The notes: a model not told the origin generated them from the sequence alone. Counted from the stretch's first letter, positions 28,194 to 37,907 are shown. The stretch: 64,000 nt of DNA from Candidatus Limivivens merdigallinarum (GCA_018713105.1 DVFT01000197.1:11383-75382); one strand, 5' to 3'. A program made the numbers and translations.

Positions 28194-29452
28194 TCTATCT
28201 GGATCCTGCAGCGACCAGCCTCCACCGTCCGGGAGAAGTGGGGGAAGCGGTACTCTATGCCATGGAACATTTTGGAAACAGCAGCCGGGGAAGCCACGAA
28301 GCGGCGCTTGCGGGGGCAAGATGCGTCTATGAGGCAAGGCTCATGCTCTCAGAACTCTTCCATGCAGAGGGACCGGAGCAGATCGCTTTCACCATGAACG
28401 CCACCGAAAGCCTGAATATTGCCATCAAGGGAATCCTGGGAAAAGAGGACCGGGCAGTGACCACCGTCCTGGAGCACAACAGCGTGCTGCGTCCGCTCTA
28501 TGAGCTGAACCGGGAGGGGATGGAACTTTCCATTGTGGGCTGTGATGATAAGGGAAGGATCCTCTACGGAGAACTTGAGCAGGAGCTTAAGAAAGGGGCG
28601 AAAGCCCTGGTGGTCACCCAGGTGTCCAACCTGACCGGAAACCGGACGGATCTTGAGAGGATCGGCAGAATGTGCAGGGAGAACGGGGCGCTTTTGGTGG
28701 TGGACGCTGCCCAGGGCGCGGGTCATTTTTCCATTGATATGGAGCGTATGCAGATCGATGTCCTCTGCTTTACCGGTCATAAGTGCCTGTTGGGTCCCCA
28801 GGGGACAGGAGGGCTTGCCGTGAGAAAGGGGGTTGCCATCCAACCTCTGCTGAGTGGAGGCAGCGGGATCAAGACCTTTCAGAAGGAGCAGCCCGCCGAG
28901 ATGCCGGAACGCCTGGAAGCAGGAACGCTGAATGCCCATGGCATTGCAGGGCTATTGGCTGGCATCCGGTATCTGAAGAGGGAGGGCATGGAGAAGCTGG
29001 CAAGACAGAGCGCTTCCCTCTGCCAAAATTTTTACCAAAGAGTGAAGGAAATTCCTGGAATCGTCTTTTACGGGGACATGGAGGCGGAGCGGGCGCCGAT
29101 CCTGTCCTTGAATGTAAAGGGATGGGATTCCGCCAGGCTGGCAGACATGCTTTCCTATGAATATGGGATCTGCGTGCGCGCCGGAGGGCACTGTGCCCCA
29201 CTTCTTCACGAAGCTTTGGGAACGAAAGAAGTGGGAGCAGTAAGGTTCAGTTTTTCCCATTTCAATACCATAGAAGAGGTGGGAAAAGCAGCGGATGCCC
29301 TGAAGGAACTGGCAAATGTTGACTTCCAGATACATTGTGATTATACTGTAAATGAGAAAAAACAACTGGAGGAGACAGAAAATGACACTAGATCAAGGAG
29401 TCATCAACGGGAGATACATCGTAGAATCCCTGCATCTGCCCCTGAAGCTTGA
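28190..29452 (+). CDS. Cysteine desulfurase / selenocysteine lyase-like class V PLP enzyme with extended C-terminus
   Basis: YLDPAAT, EHNSV, DAAQ, TGHK (PLP Lys), EAGT, RAGGHCAP. Confidence 0.9.
   Translation: MIYLDPAATSLHRPGEVGEAVLYAMEHFGNSSRGSHEAALAGARCVYEARLMLSELFHAEGPEQIAFTMNATESLNIAIKGILGKEDRAVTTVLEHNSVLRPLYELNREGMELSIVGCDDKGRILYGELEQELKKGAKALVVTQVSNLTGNRTDLERIGRMCRENGALLVVDAAQGAGHFSIDMERMQIDVLCFTGHKCLLGPQGTGGLAVRKGVAIQPLLSGGSGIKTFQKEQPAEMPERLEAGTLNAHGIAGLLAGIRYLKREGMEKLARQSASLCQNFYQRVKEIPGIVFYGDMEAERAPILSLNVKGWDSARLADMLSYEYGICVRAGGHCAPLLHEALGTKEVGAVRFSFSHFNTIEEVGKAADALKELANVDFQIHCDYTVNEKKQLEETENDTRSRSHQREIHRRIPASAPEA
29319..29347 (+). promoter_or_regulatory. SigA promoter of feoAB (inside the desulfurase 3' extension)
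   Basis: TTGACT-17-TATACT; RBS GGAGGAG before ATG 29382. Confidence 0.7.
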
Positions 29453-29606
29453 GAAGAGGCTGGAGGCATTGGGGATGACCAATGGGACGAGTGTTTCCGT
29501 ACTGAATGCGAAGAACCATGGGACGCTGATCATTAAGGTCCGGGGAACCAGGTTCGCAGTTGGAAAAGCGATTTCAAGAAATATCACAGTGAGGGAGAGC
29601 GTATGA
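29382..29606 (+). CDS. feoA: Ferrous iron transport protein A
   Basis: RLEALGM-G-V, IIKVRGTRFAVG; overlaps feoB start. Confidence 0.92.
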   Translation: MTLDQGVINGRYIVESLHLPLKLEKRLEALGMTNGTSVSVLNAKNHGTLIIKVRGTRFAVGKAISRNITVRESV

Positions 29607-31648
29607 AGGAAGATCTGAGAATTGGATTTATCGGAAATCCCAACTGTGGAAAGACGACCCTGTTCAATGCGTTCACCGGAGCAAAGCTCAAGGTAGCCAA
29701 CTGGCCTGGAGTGACGGTGGAAAAGGTGGAAGGGGCGATGAAATACCACGACCATGAGTTCAAGCTGGTGGATCTTCCGGGAACCTACAGCCTGACCTCC
29801 TACACCATGGAGGAGCAGGTGAGCCGCCAGTATATCCTGGGAGATGAGGTGGATGTGATCATCGATGTGGTGGACGCTTCGGCTCTGGAGCGGAACCTTT
29901 ATCTGACTTTGCAGCTTCTGGAGTTGGGAAAACCAGTGGTTATGGCGCTGAATATGATGGATATTGTGGAAAAGAGAGGAATGGAGATCGACCTGCACCG
30001 TTTTCCGGAGATGCTGGGAATTCCCATCATTCCTGTCTCAGCGAGAAAACGGACCGGGCTGGATATCCTGATTCACGCCGCAGAGCACCACAAGGATTCG
30101 GCAAAACCGGAGATCCTGATCCATAACCATTCGGAGGAAACCAATCACAAGCACAACCACCATCAGGACTATGCCATGGTCTACAGCGATAAGATCGAGG
30201 ACAAGATTGACCTGATCAAGGAGGAGCTTAAGAAGAAATATCCGGATATCACCAACCACCGCTGGGTGGCATTGAAGCTTTTGGAGCAGGATAAAGAGAT
30301 CACAGAGACCTATCCGGTGGATCTGCCGGACGTCCTGGACCGCAGCTACGAGACGGATATCATCAACCAGAAATACGATTTCATCGAAGAGATCGTGGAA
30401 GAGGTTGTGGTGAACAAGGCAAAGAAAGAGGAACTGACCGACCGGGTGGACAAGGCGTTGACCCACAGAATCTGGGGAATCCCGATCTTTCTCTGCATTA
30501 TGGCGCTGGTGTTCCTTCTGACCTTTACGGTGGGTGACTGGCTGAAGGGATATGTGGAGCTCCTCATGGAAGCCTTTTCCGGCGGCGTGAGGAGCCTGAT
30601 GGAAAGCGTGGGAGTGGCGCCTCTTCTGATTTCCCTGGTGACGGATGGAGTCATCGCCGGAGTGGGGGGAATGCTTACCTTCTTGCCGAATATCTTTATC
30701 CTGTTTTTGGCGCTTGCCTTCCTGGAGGACAGCGGATACATGGCGAGGGTCGCTTACGTGATGGATGGAATCATGGGAAGGCTGGGGCTTTCCGGCAGGG
30801 CATTCATCCCGATGATCCTGGGATTCGGCTGTACGGTTCCGGCATTGATGGCGTCCAGGGTTCTGGAAAGCCGGAAGGACCGCTACCGGGTCATGCTGAT
30901 CACGCCCTTTATGTCCTGCAGTGCAAGGCTGCCCATCTACATCCTGTTTTCTGAGATGTTTTTTGGCAGATACGCCATGCTGGCAGACTACTCCATGTAT
31001 GTGATCGGGCTTGGCGTCGCCATTCTGGTGGCATTCCTTCTGCACAAGAAGGATCAGGGGACAGAGGAAAACACGCTGCTCATCGAACTTCCCGAATACA
31101 AGGCGCCCAGCAGCAGGACCGTTGCCATCTACGTCTGGGAAAAGGTAAAGGACTTCCTTACAAAGGCAGGAACGACGATCTTTTTGGCTTCCATTGTGAT
31201 GTGGTTCTTGCTGAACATCGGTCCTGGTGGGCTGGCAGACACGATGGAGGGAAGCTTCGGGGCGATGCTTGGAAAATTTGTGACGCCGTTCTTTGTTCCG
31301 CTGGGGCTTGGATACTGGCAGATCGCCATGGCGCTCATCGCCGGAATTTCCGCAAAGGAAGTGGTGGTGACCAGCTGTGCGGTGCTCTTTGGCATCTCCA
31401 ATATCAATTCGGCAGCCGGGATGGGAAGCCTGACGGAACTTTTAGGAGGAATGGGATTCGGAACGCTCAATGCCTTCAGCCTGATGGTTTTCTCACTGCT
31501 CTACATTCCCTGCGCGGCGACCCTCGTAACCATCAAAAAGGAGATGGGCGGCTGGAAATGGGCAGGAAAGGCAGCCATTTTTCAGCTGGCAGTGGCATGG
31601 GTCGTGGCGTTTCTGGTCTTCCAGATCGGCAGCCTGATCCTTGGATAA
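29603..31648 (+). CDS. feoB: Ferrous iron transporter B
   Basis: GNPNCGKT, NWPGVTVE, DLPGTYSL, NMMD, LEDSGYMAR, GFGCTVP, MSCSARLP. Confidence 0.97.
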   Translation: MKEDLRIGFIGNPNCGKTTLFNAFTGAKLKVANWPGVTVEKVEGAMKYHDHEFKLVDLPGTYSLTSYTMEEQVSRQYILGDEVDVIIDVVDASALERNLYLTLQLLELGKPVVMALNMMDIVEKRGMEIDLHRFPEMLGIPIIPVSARKRTGLDILIHAAEHHKDSAKPEILIHNHSEETNHKHNHHQDYAMVYSDKIEDKIDLIKEELKKKYPDITNHRWVALKLLEQDKEITETYPVDLPDVLDRSYETDIINQKYDFIEEIVEEVVVNKAKKEELTDRVDKALTHRIWGIPIFLCIMALVFLLTFTVGDWLKGYVELLMEAFSGGVRSLMESVGVAPLLISLVTDGVIAGVGGMLTFLPNIFILFLALAFLEDSGYMARVAYVMDGIMGRLGLSGRAFIPMILGFGCTVPALMASRVLESRKDRYRVMLITPFMSCSARLPIYILFSEMFFGRYAMLADYSMYVIGLGVAILVAFLLHKKDQGTEENTLLIELPEYKAPSSRTVAIYVWEKVKDFLTKAGTTIFLASIVMWFLLNIGPGGLADTMEGSFGAMLGKFVTPFFVPLGLGYWQIAMALIAGISAKEVVVTSCAVLFGISNINSAAGMGSLTELLGGMGFGTLNAFSLMVFSLLYIPCAATLVTIKKEMGGWKWAGKAAIFQLAVAWVVAFLVFQIGSLILG

Positions 31649-31761
31649 ACAACGCCACGTTGCAGAGATGCCCCTGTGTGAAAAAACTGTGTTTAGGATT
31701 GACGTTTCAGAAGCGTCAGTGATAGAATAAACCTATCTTTTGAAAAACGGAGGAATGACAT

Positions 31762-32136
31762 ATGAACAAGGTGATCAGTACAGACAAAGCTCCGGGAGCA
31801 ATCGGACCCTATTCCCAGGCAGTGCTTGCAGGCAATCTGCTCTATGCATCCGGTCAGATTCCTATCAATCCCGCAAATGGCGAAGTGGTGGATGGAGACA
31901 TCAAGGCGCAGGCAGATCAGGTCTGCAAAAACGTGGGAGAGATCCTGAAAGCAGCCGGAACCGGATTTGAGAACGTAGTGAAGACGACGTGCTTCCTGGC
32001 AGATATGGGCGATTTCGCAGCGTTTAACGAGGTTTACGCTGGGTATTTCGTATCCAAGCCGGCGCGCTCCTGTGTGGCAGTGAAGACGCTGCCAAAGAAC
32101 GTGCTCTGTGAGGTGGAAGTGATCGCAACCGTTTGA
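31762..32136 (+). CDS. ridA: RidA/YjgF enamine deaminase
   Basis: APGAIGPYSQA, SGQIP, FNEVY, PARSCV, LPK-EVE. Confidence 0.92.
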   Translation: MNKVISTDKAPGAIGPYSQAVLAGNLLYASGQIPINPANGEVVDGDIKAQADQVCKNVGEILKAAGTGFENVVKTTCFLADMGDFAAFNEVYAGYFVSKPARSCVAVKTLPKNVLCEVEVIATV

Positions 32137-32152
32137 AAATTTACATAATGAT

Positions 32153-32181
32153 CGGATCGGGAAGGATATCTTCCCGATCCG
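32153..32181 (+). terminator. Hairpin after ridA
   Basis: 12-bp inverted repeat CGGATCGGGAAG/CTTCCCGATCCG. Confidence 0.65.
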
Positions 32182-32183
32182 TC

Positions 32184-32419
32184 GCAATACCACGTACAGC
32201 TCACAGCTAACGCTATTCGCTGTACCGGTCAGCTCGTGACTAGGTCACTCGCTGGTCTCCGCTCCGCTTCGGTCGGCGCTAAGCGAACGTCCACCGGACG
32301 TTCAGCGCCGTTGCCCGTCGGATATCCGCGTGTCTGTGCAAGCAAGCTTGCCCATCCATGCGGCTGCCCTCCGTGCGTATCGCACAAAACCCGATGCAAA
32401 GAAGTTTGCATCGGGTTTT
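32184..32419. repeat. Multi-hairpin structured intergenic element (REP/MITE-like or ncRNA)
   Basis: Four internal stem-loops, an imperfect closing stem and a terminal 15-bp perfect inverted repeat; see finding. Confidence 0.6.
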
Positions 32420-32559
32420 CAAAATTTAGCTCCTTTTTTGGAAAAAACAATAAAATTACCAGGATACCTGAAATAAATACAATCAATCATTGTTTAAATC
32501 GCTATAATGTAGCTATCAGGTACAGAAAAACCGGCAGACAAAAAAGGAGGTACAAGCAA

Positions 32560-33427
32560 ATGAAACGCAATATGAACGAATGGTTACAGGCATATATTCA
32601 CAATCCGGTGAAAAAGGCAGCGCCAATTCTGTCCTTCCCGGGCTGCAGGCTGATCGGGCACACGGTGGATGAACTGGTGAAATCCGGTCATCTCCAGGCA
32701 CAGTGTATGAAAGCGATTGCCGACAAATTCGATACCGGCGTGGCGTTCAGCCTGATGGATCTTTCCGTGGAAGCAGAAGCCTTCGGAAGTGAAATTCATT
32801 ACAGCGAAGAGGAAGTTCCCACCGTAGTAGGCGCGTTGATCCATGATGAAGAGGAGGCAGAAGCCCTGAAAGTTCCGGAAGTAGGGGCAGGAAGAACCGG
32901 AGCTGGTGGAGACGGTACTTGAGAAGGCGACAGAGTTTCTGGTGGCATATGCGAAAGCCTTCAAAGAAGCAGGAGCCAATGGAATCTGCCTGGCAGAACC
33001 GGCGGCAGGGCTGCTTTCCCCCAGCTTAATCGACGAATTTTCCACTCCTTATGTGCAGAAAATCCGTGAAGCTGTGGAGGATGAGAGTTTTGTGGTGTTC
33101 TACCACAACTGCGGCAATATCGTTCCGCTGCTGGAGAATGTGAAAGGGATCCAGGCAAAGGCATACAGCATTGGAAATGCCATCGATATTGAGGAAGCGC
33201 TGAAGGTCATCCCGGCAGACCGCCTGGTGATCGGGAATATCGATCCGGCGGGAACGCTGCGGAACGGCACCCCGGACCAGATCCGCAGAGAAACCACAGA
33301 GCTTCTTACGCGCTGCAGCAAATATCCGAATTTCGTGATCGCCTCCGGATGCGATATTCCGCCTGCTACGCCCATGGAGAACCTGGAGGCATTTTTTGAA
33401 GCGGTCAGAGCCTTCTATGAAGGCTGA
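32560..33427 (+). pseudogene. Uroporphyrinogen decarboxylase / MtaA-CmuA-like methyltransferase with frameshifting internal deletion
   Basis: N-part (MDLSVEAEAFG...GAGRTG) and C-part (EEPELVETVL...HNCG...GNIDP...SGCDIPP) are in different frames and join at 32891-32901. RBS AAGGAGG. Confidence 0.82.
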
Positions 33428-33430
33428 TTA

Positions 33431-33514
33431 GGAGAAGAAAGAACAAAGGTTTACCGGGATGCGGGCGCCGACGGGGTGATCCGGGATATCCGGGGGATTT
33501 TGGATTATTTATAA
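33431..33514 (+). pseudogene. 3' relic of a HAD hydrolase (phosphonatase-like)
   Basis: Translates KVYRDAGADGVIRDIRGILDYL-stop with no upstream start codon. Confidence 0.5.
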
Positions 33515-33524
33515 AAACGGACAG

Positions 33525-33579
33525 ACAGGAGCCGAAACCACGCCAGGGAGATCTGCGCGGGTTTTCGGCTCCTGTTTTT
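33525..33579 (+). terminator. Intrinsic terminator
   Basis: ACAGGAGCCGAAA/TTTCGGCTCCTGT plus T run. Confidence 0.75.
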
Positions 33580-33599
33580 GGTTCCGAGGCTTTTCAAAG

Positions 33600-33628
33600 T
33601 TGAAAATTCAAGCCACCTATGTTATTCT
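33600..33628 (+). promoter_or_regulatory. SigA promoter of the murE-priA operon
   Basis: TTGAAA-17-TATTCT with TG extension. Confidence 0.6.
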
Positions 33629-33704
33629 AGAAGTTAATCTGGGTTTCTTTTGCATTTTGGAAGGCGGGAAACCCGGCGCAAAGCCTAATATGGAGGTGGA
33701 AGGA

Positions 33705-35177
33705 TTGAAACTTGCGAAACTGTTGGAGCGTTTGGAATATAGATTATTGCAGGGCTCTCTGGATACGGAAGTGAAAAGGATTGAGAACGATTCCCGAAGG
33801 GTGGAGGAAGGCGCACTTTTTTTCTGTATCCGGGGGGCTCTAAGTGACGGTCACAAATATGTGCCGGATGTGGTGGAGAAAGGCGCCGCCGTCCTGGTGG
33901 TCATGGAGGAGGTAGAAGCTCCCAAAACCGTGACGGTAATCCAGGTGGAAGATACCCGCTACGCCATGGCGCTGATCTCAGCCGCCTGGTACGGATACCC
34001 GGCGGAGCAGATGAAGGTCATCGGCATCACCGGTACCAAGGGAAAGACGACGACCACCTATATGGTGAAATCCATTCTGGAAGCAGCCGGACACAAGGTG
34101 GGGCTGATAGGAACCATAGAGGCGATCATAGGAGACACCCATATTCCTGCCAGCAATACGACGCCGGAATCTATCACCATCCAGAAGTATTTCAGGATGA
34201 TGGTGGACGCGGGCTGTGACGCAGCTGTGATGGAAGTTTCCTCCCAGGGGCTCAAGCTTCACCGGACGGCGGGGATCCCCTTTGAGATCGGGATCTTTAC
34301 CAATATCGAGCCGGACCATATCGGACCGGCGGAGCACGAAAGCTTTGAGGAATACATGCACTGCAAGGGAATGCTGTTTTGCCAATGTGCCCTGGGGATC
34401 GTCAATGCCGACGACAAGCATCTGGCCAAGGTGCTGAAAGGCCATACCTGCAGGATTGAGACCTTTGGATTTTCCCCCGAGGCGGATCTTCGGGCGGAGA
34501 ATGTAAGGCTGATCCAGAGACCGGGATATCTGGGCGTCGCCTACCATGTGGCGGGGGTGATGGATATGGATGTGGAGATCGACATTCCGGGAAGGTTCAG
34601 CGTGTACAATTCCCTGACGGCAATCTCAATCTGCTGTCATTTCGGCGTATCGGAGGAGAATATCAAGTCCGCCTTAAAGCAGGCAAAGGTAAAGGGAAGG
34701 ATCGAGATGGTCAAGGTGTCCGATGAGTTTACCCTGATGATCGATTATGCCCACAATGCCATGAGCCTGGAAAGCCTGCTTACGACCCTGAAGGAATACC
34801 ATCCGAAACGGCTGGTCTGCCTCTTTGGCTGCGGCGGAAACCGCGCAAAAGCAAGACGGTATGAGATGGCGGAGGTGTCAGGGAGACTGGCGGATTTTAC
34901 CATCATCACTTCCGACAATCCCCGGTTTGAAAAGCCGGAGGATATCTTAAATGACATCGAGGAAGGCATGAAGAAGACCGACGGAAAATACATTAAGATC
35001 GTGGACCGAAAAGAAGCCATCCGCTATGCCATCCATCACGGGCAGCCCGGCGATGTGATCGTCCTGGCGGGCAAGGGACATGAGGATTACCAGGAGATTG
35101 AAGGAAAGAAATATCACATGGATGAGCGGGAGCTGATCGCGGATATTCTTCGGGAAGACCAGGAAAGGGCGAGGTAA
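33705..35177 (+). CDS. murE: UDP-MurNAc-tripeptide (meso-DAP) ligase
   Basis: GTKGKTTT, NTTPES, MEVSS, DYAHN, DNPR (mDAP specificity), GKGHE; TTG start after GGAGGTG. Confidence 0.95.
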   Translation: MKLAKLLERLEYRLLQGSLDTEVKRIENDSRRVEEGALFFCIRGALSDGHKYVPDVVEKGAAVLVVMEEVEAPKTVTVIQVEDTRYAMALISAAWYGYPAEQMKVIGITGTKGKTTTTYMVKSILEAAGHKVGLIGTIEAIIGDTHIPASNTTPESITIQKYFRMMVDAGCDAAVMEVSSQGLKLHRTAGIPFEIGIFTNIEPDHIGPAEHESFEEYMHCKGMLFCQCALGIVNADDKHLAKVLKGHTCRIETFGFSPEADLRAENVRLIQRPGYLGVAYHVAGVMDMDVEIDIPGRFSVYNSLTAISICCHFGVSEENIKSALKQAKVKGRIEMVKVSDEFTLMIDYAHNAMSLESLLTTLKEYHPKRLVCLFGCGGNRAKARRYEMAEVSGRLADFTIITSDNPRFEKPEDILNDIEEGMKKTDGKYIKIVDRKEAIRYAIHHGQPGDVIVLAGKGHEDYQEIEGKKYHMDERELIADILREDQERAR

Positions 35178-37390
35178 TGTTTGCCAATGTTATCGTGGAT
35201 ATTTCCCACGAAAAACTGGACCGGACCTTCCAGTACCGGGTTCCGGAGACGTTTTCGGAAAAGGTGAAGCCCGGCGTGGTGGTGGAGATTCCCTTCGGGA
35301 AAGGAAACCGCCTCATCAAGGGTTATGTGGTGGAGGTCACCAGCCGGGCGGAGTTTGACGAGAAAAAGATGAAGGAGATCCATTCCGTCTCCACAGACGG
35401 CATCGGCGTGGAATCCCGTCTCATCGCCCTGGCGTCCTGGATCCGGGAGTATTATGGCTCCACCATGATCCAGGCTCTGAAGACCGTCCTCCCTGTCCGG
35501 GAAAAGGAGCGCCGGAAGGAACAGAAAAAACTGTGCCTGAAGGTTTCCAGGGAAGAAGGGGAGAAGGCGCGGGAGTTCTTCGGGCAAAAGAATCAAAAGG
35601 CAAGGCTGAGGCTCATGGAAGCCCTTCTGGAGACGGAGGAGCTTTCCTGGGAGATTGCTACCAAGAAGCTGAACCTCTCCCCCGCCTTGATCCGAACCAT
35701 GGAGGAGAAAGGATTGGTGAAGGTGGAGAGCTCCACCGTATACCGCAATCCCATCCGGCTCCACGGCGTACAGCAGGAGAAAAAGGAACTGAATAAAGAA
35801 CAACGCCAGGTGGTGGAAGGAATTCTCCGCTGCTGGAAAGAGGATGCAAAACCCTGCCTGCTCCACGGGGTCACCGGCTCCGGGAAGACAGAAGTCTATA
35901 TGGAGCTGATCGAGGCGGTTTTGGCGGAGGGAAAACAGGCGATCGTCCTGATCCCGGAGATCGCCCTGACCTATCAGACGGTCCTAAGGTTCTACCGGCG
36001 TTTCGGGGAGAGGATCTCGATTTTGAATTCCAGGCTGTCAAAAGGGGAACGGTTTGATCAGTATGAGAGGGCCAGAACAGAACAGGTGGATGTGATCATC
36101 GGTCCCCGCTCGGCGCTCTTTGCCCCCTTTCCAAATCTGGGGCTGATCATTATGGATGAGGAACATGAGCCCTCCTACAAGAGCGAATCCGTCCCCAGGT
36201 ACCATACCCGGGAGGTGGCGGAAAAACGCGCTTCCCTGGAAGGCGCCCGCGTGGTGTTCGGCTCGGCTACCCCTTCTGTGGAGGCATACCGCAAGGCAGA
36301 GAGAGGGGAATACCACCTCTTTGCCATGAAAAAACGGGTGAAAGACCAGCCGCTTCCGTCTGTGGAGATTGTGGATCTGAAGGAGGAGCTGAAGGAAGGG
36401 AACCGCTCGGTGTTAAGCAGGAGGCTTCGGGAAGAGATGGCGCTCTGCCTGGCAGCCCGCCATCAGATGATGCTCTTTTTGAACCGGCGCGGCTATGCGG
36501 GCTTTCTATCCTGCCGTTCCTGCGGGACGGTGCTGAAATGCCCCCACTGCGACGTGTCCCTTTCCGTGCACAGCAATGGAAAGCTTGTCTGCCATTACTG
36601 CGGATATGAGGAACCGAAAAAGGAACGGTGCCCCAAATGTGGCAGCCCCTTCCTTCGGGAGTTCGGGATCGGCACCCAGCAGGTGGAGCGCATCGTGCAG
36701 AAGGAATTCCCCGGAGCCAGGGTGCTGCGGATGGATCTGGACACCACCAGGGAGAAGGATGGTCATGAAAAGATCCTGGAGGCATTTGCCCATCATGAGG
36801 CAGATATCCTCATCGGAACCCAGATGATCGTAAAGGGACATGATTTCCCGGATGTGACCCTGGTGGGGGTGCTGGCGGCGGATCTGTCGCTCCATGCGGC
36901 GGATTACCGGGCGGCGGAACGCACCTTTCAGCTTCTGACCCAGGCAGCCGGACGGGCAGGCAGAGGGGATGTGCCAGGAAGGGTGGTCATCCAGACCTAC
37001 GACCCGGATCACTACAGCATTCAGGCATCCAAAGATCAGGACTATCAGATGTTTTATCAGCGGGAAATCCTGTATCGAAGGATTTCTGTCTACCCCCCGG
37101 AAGGCGCTATGCTGGCAATCCATGCATCCGGCACGGACGAAGGATACCTGTCCGTAGCCATGGACTATCTGAAGAAATTTATCAGCCGGTTTGAGGATAA
37201 GACAGGGATTGGAATCATCGGTCCGGCGGACGAGACCATCGCGAAGATCAGCGACCATTACCGGAAGGTGCTCTACGTCAAGCATGAGGATGAGAAGGTC
37301 CTGACTATGATTAAGGAAAAAGTGGAACAATATATGGAAATCAACGAAGGCTTCCGAGCCGTTCACATACAGTTTGACAGAAACGAATAA
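35177..37390 (+). CDS. priA: Primosomal protein N'
   Basis: GVTGSGKTEVY, PEIALT, DEEH, four CxxC pairs, GTQMIVKGHDF, QAAGRAGR. Confidence 0.97.
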   Translation: MFANVIVDISHEKLDRTFQYRVPETFSEKVKPGVVVEIPFGKGNRLIKGYVVEVTSRAEFDEKKMKEIHSVSTDGIGVESRLIALASWIREYYGSTMIQALKTVLPVREKERRKEQKKLCLKVSREEGEKAREFFGQKNQKARLRLMEALLETEELSWEIATKKLNLSPALIRTMEEKGLVKVESSTVYRNPIRLHGVQQEKKELNKEQRQVVEGILRCWKEDAKPCLLHGVTGSGKTEVYMELIEAVLAEGKQAIVLIPEIALTYQTVLRFYRRFGERISILNSRLSKGERFDQYERARTEQVDVIIGPRSALFAPFPNLGLIIMDEEHEPSYKSESVPRYHTREVAEKRASLEGARVVFGSATPSVEAYRKAERGEYHLFAMKKRVKDQPLPSVEIVDLKEELKEGNRSVLSRRLREEMALCLAARHQMMLFLNRRGYAGFLSCRSCGTVLKCPHCDVSLSVHSNGKLVCHYCGYEEPKKERCPKCGSPFLREFGIGTQQVERIVQKEFPGARVLRMDLDTTREKDGHEKILEAFAHHEADILIGTQMIVKGHDFPDVTLVGVLAADLSLHAADYRAAERTFQLLTQAAGRAGRGDVPGRVVIQTYDPDHYSIQASKDQDYQMFYQREILYRRISVYPPEGAMLAIHASGTDEGYLSVAMDYLKKFISRFEDKTGIGIIGPADETIAKISDHYRKVLYVKHEDEKVLTMIKEKVEQYMEINEGFRAVHIQFDRNE

Positions 37391-37409
37391 ATGATATAAG
37401 CGTCATAAA

Positions 37410-37907
37410 ATGGAGGAAAAGAAAATGGCTATCAGAAAAATCAGAATCATGGGGGATCCGGTCCTGGAAAAGACCTGTAAGGAGGTCAAAGAGATGACTC
37501 CCAGAACCCGGGAATTGATCAGTGATATGTTCGACACCATGTACGACGGCATGGGGGTCGGGCTGGCGGCATGCCAGGTGGGAATCCTAAAGAGAATCGT
37601 GGTCATCGACACCACGGGGGAGGATCCCCACGTGCTGATCAATCCGGTCATCGTGGAAACCTCCGGGGAACAGACCGGACAGGAAGGATGCTTAAGCCTT
37701 CCGGGACAGGCAGGGATTGTGACCCGCCCCAACTATGTCAAGGTACGGGCGTATGATGAAAACATGCAGGAATACGAGCTGGAAGGGACAGAGCTTCTGG
37801 CGCGCGCCATCTGCCATGAATGTGACCATCTGGACGGGATCATGTATGTGTCCAAGGTGGAAGGAAGCCTGATGGATGTGGATGCGATGGAGGATGAAGA
37901 AAAATGA
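37410..37907 (+). CDS. def: Peptide deformylase
   Basis: GVGLAA-QVG, EGCLS, HECDHLDG. Start possibly 37425. Confidence 0.96.
   Translation: MEEKKMAIRKIRIMGDPVLEKTCKEVKEMTPRTRELISDMFDTMYDGMGVGLAACQVGILKRIVVIDTTGEDPHVLINPVIVETSGEQTGQEGCLSLPGQAGIVTRPNYVKVRAYDENMQEYELEGTELLARAICHECDHLDGIMYVSKVEGSLMDVDAMEDEEK

Noticed and set aside
29338-29367. Fur box at the feoA promoter
   Set aside because: Only about half the positions match TGATAATnATTATCA.
32236-32559. N-terminal extension of the 228-aa ORF
   Set aside because: It runs through the hairpin element and promoter; the real start is ATG 32560 with AAGGAGG.
33425-33514. Selenocysteine read-through of the TGA into the in-frame downstream peptide
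   Set aside because: The TGA is at the normal family C-terminus, no SECIS-like hairpin was recognised, and the peptide looks like a different family.
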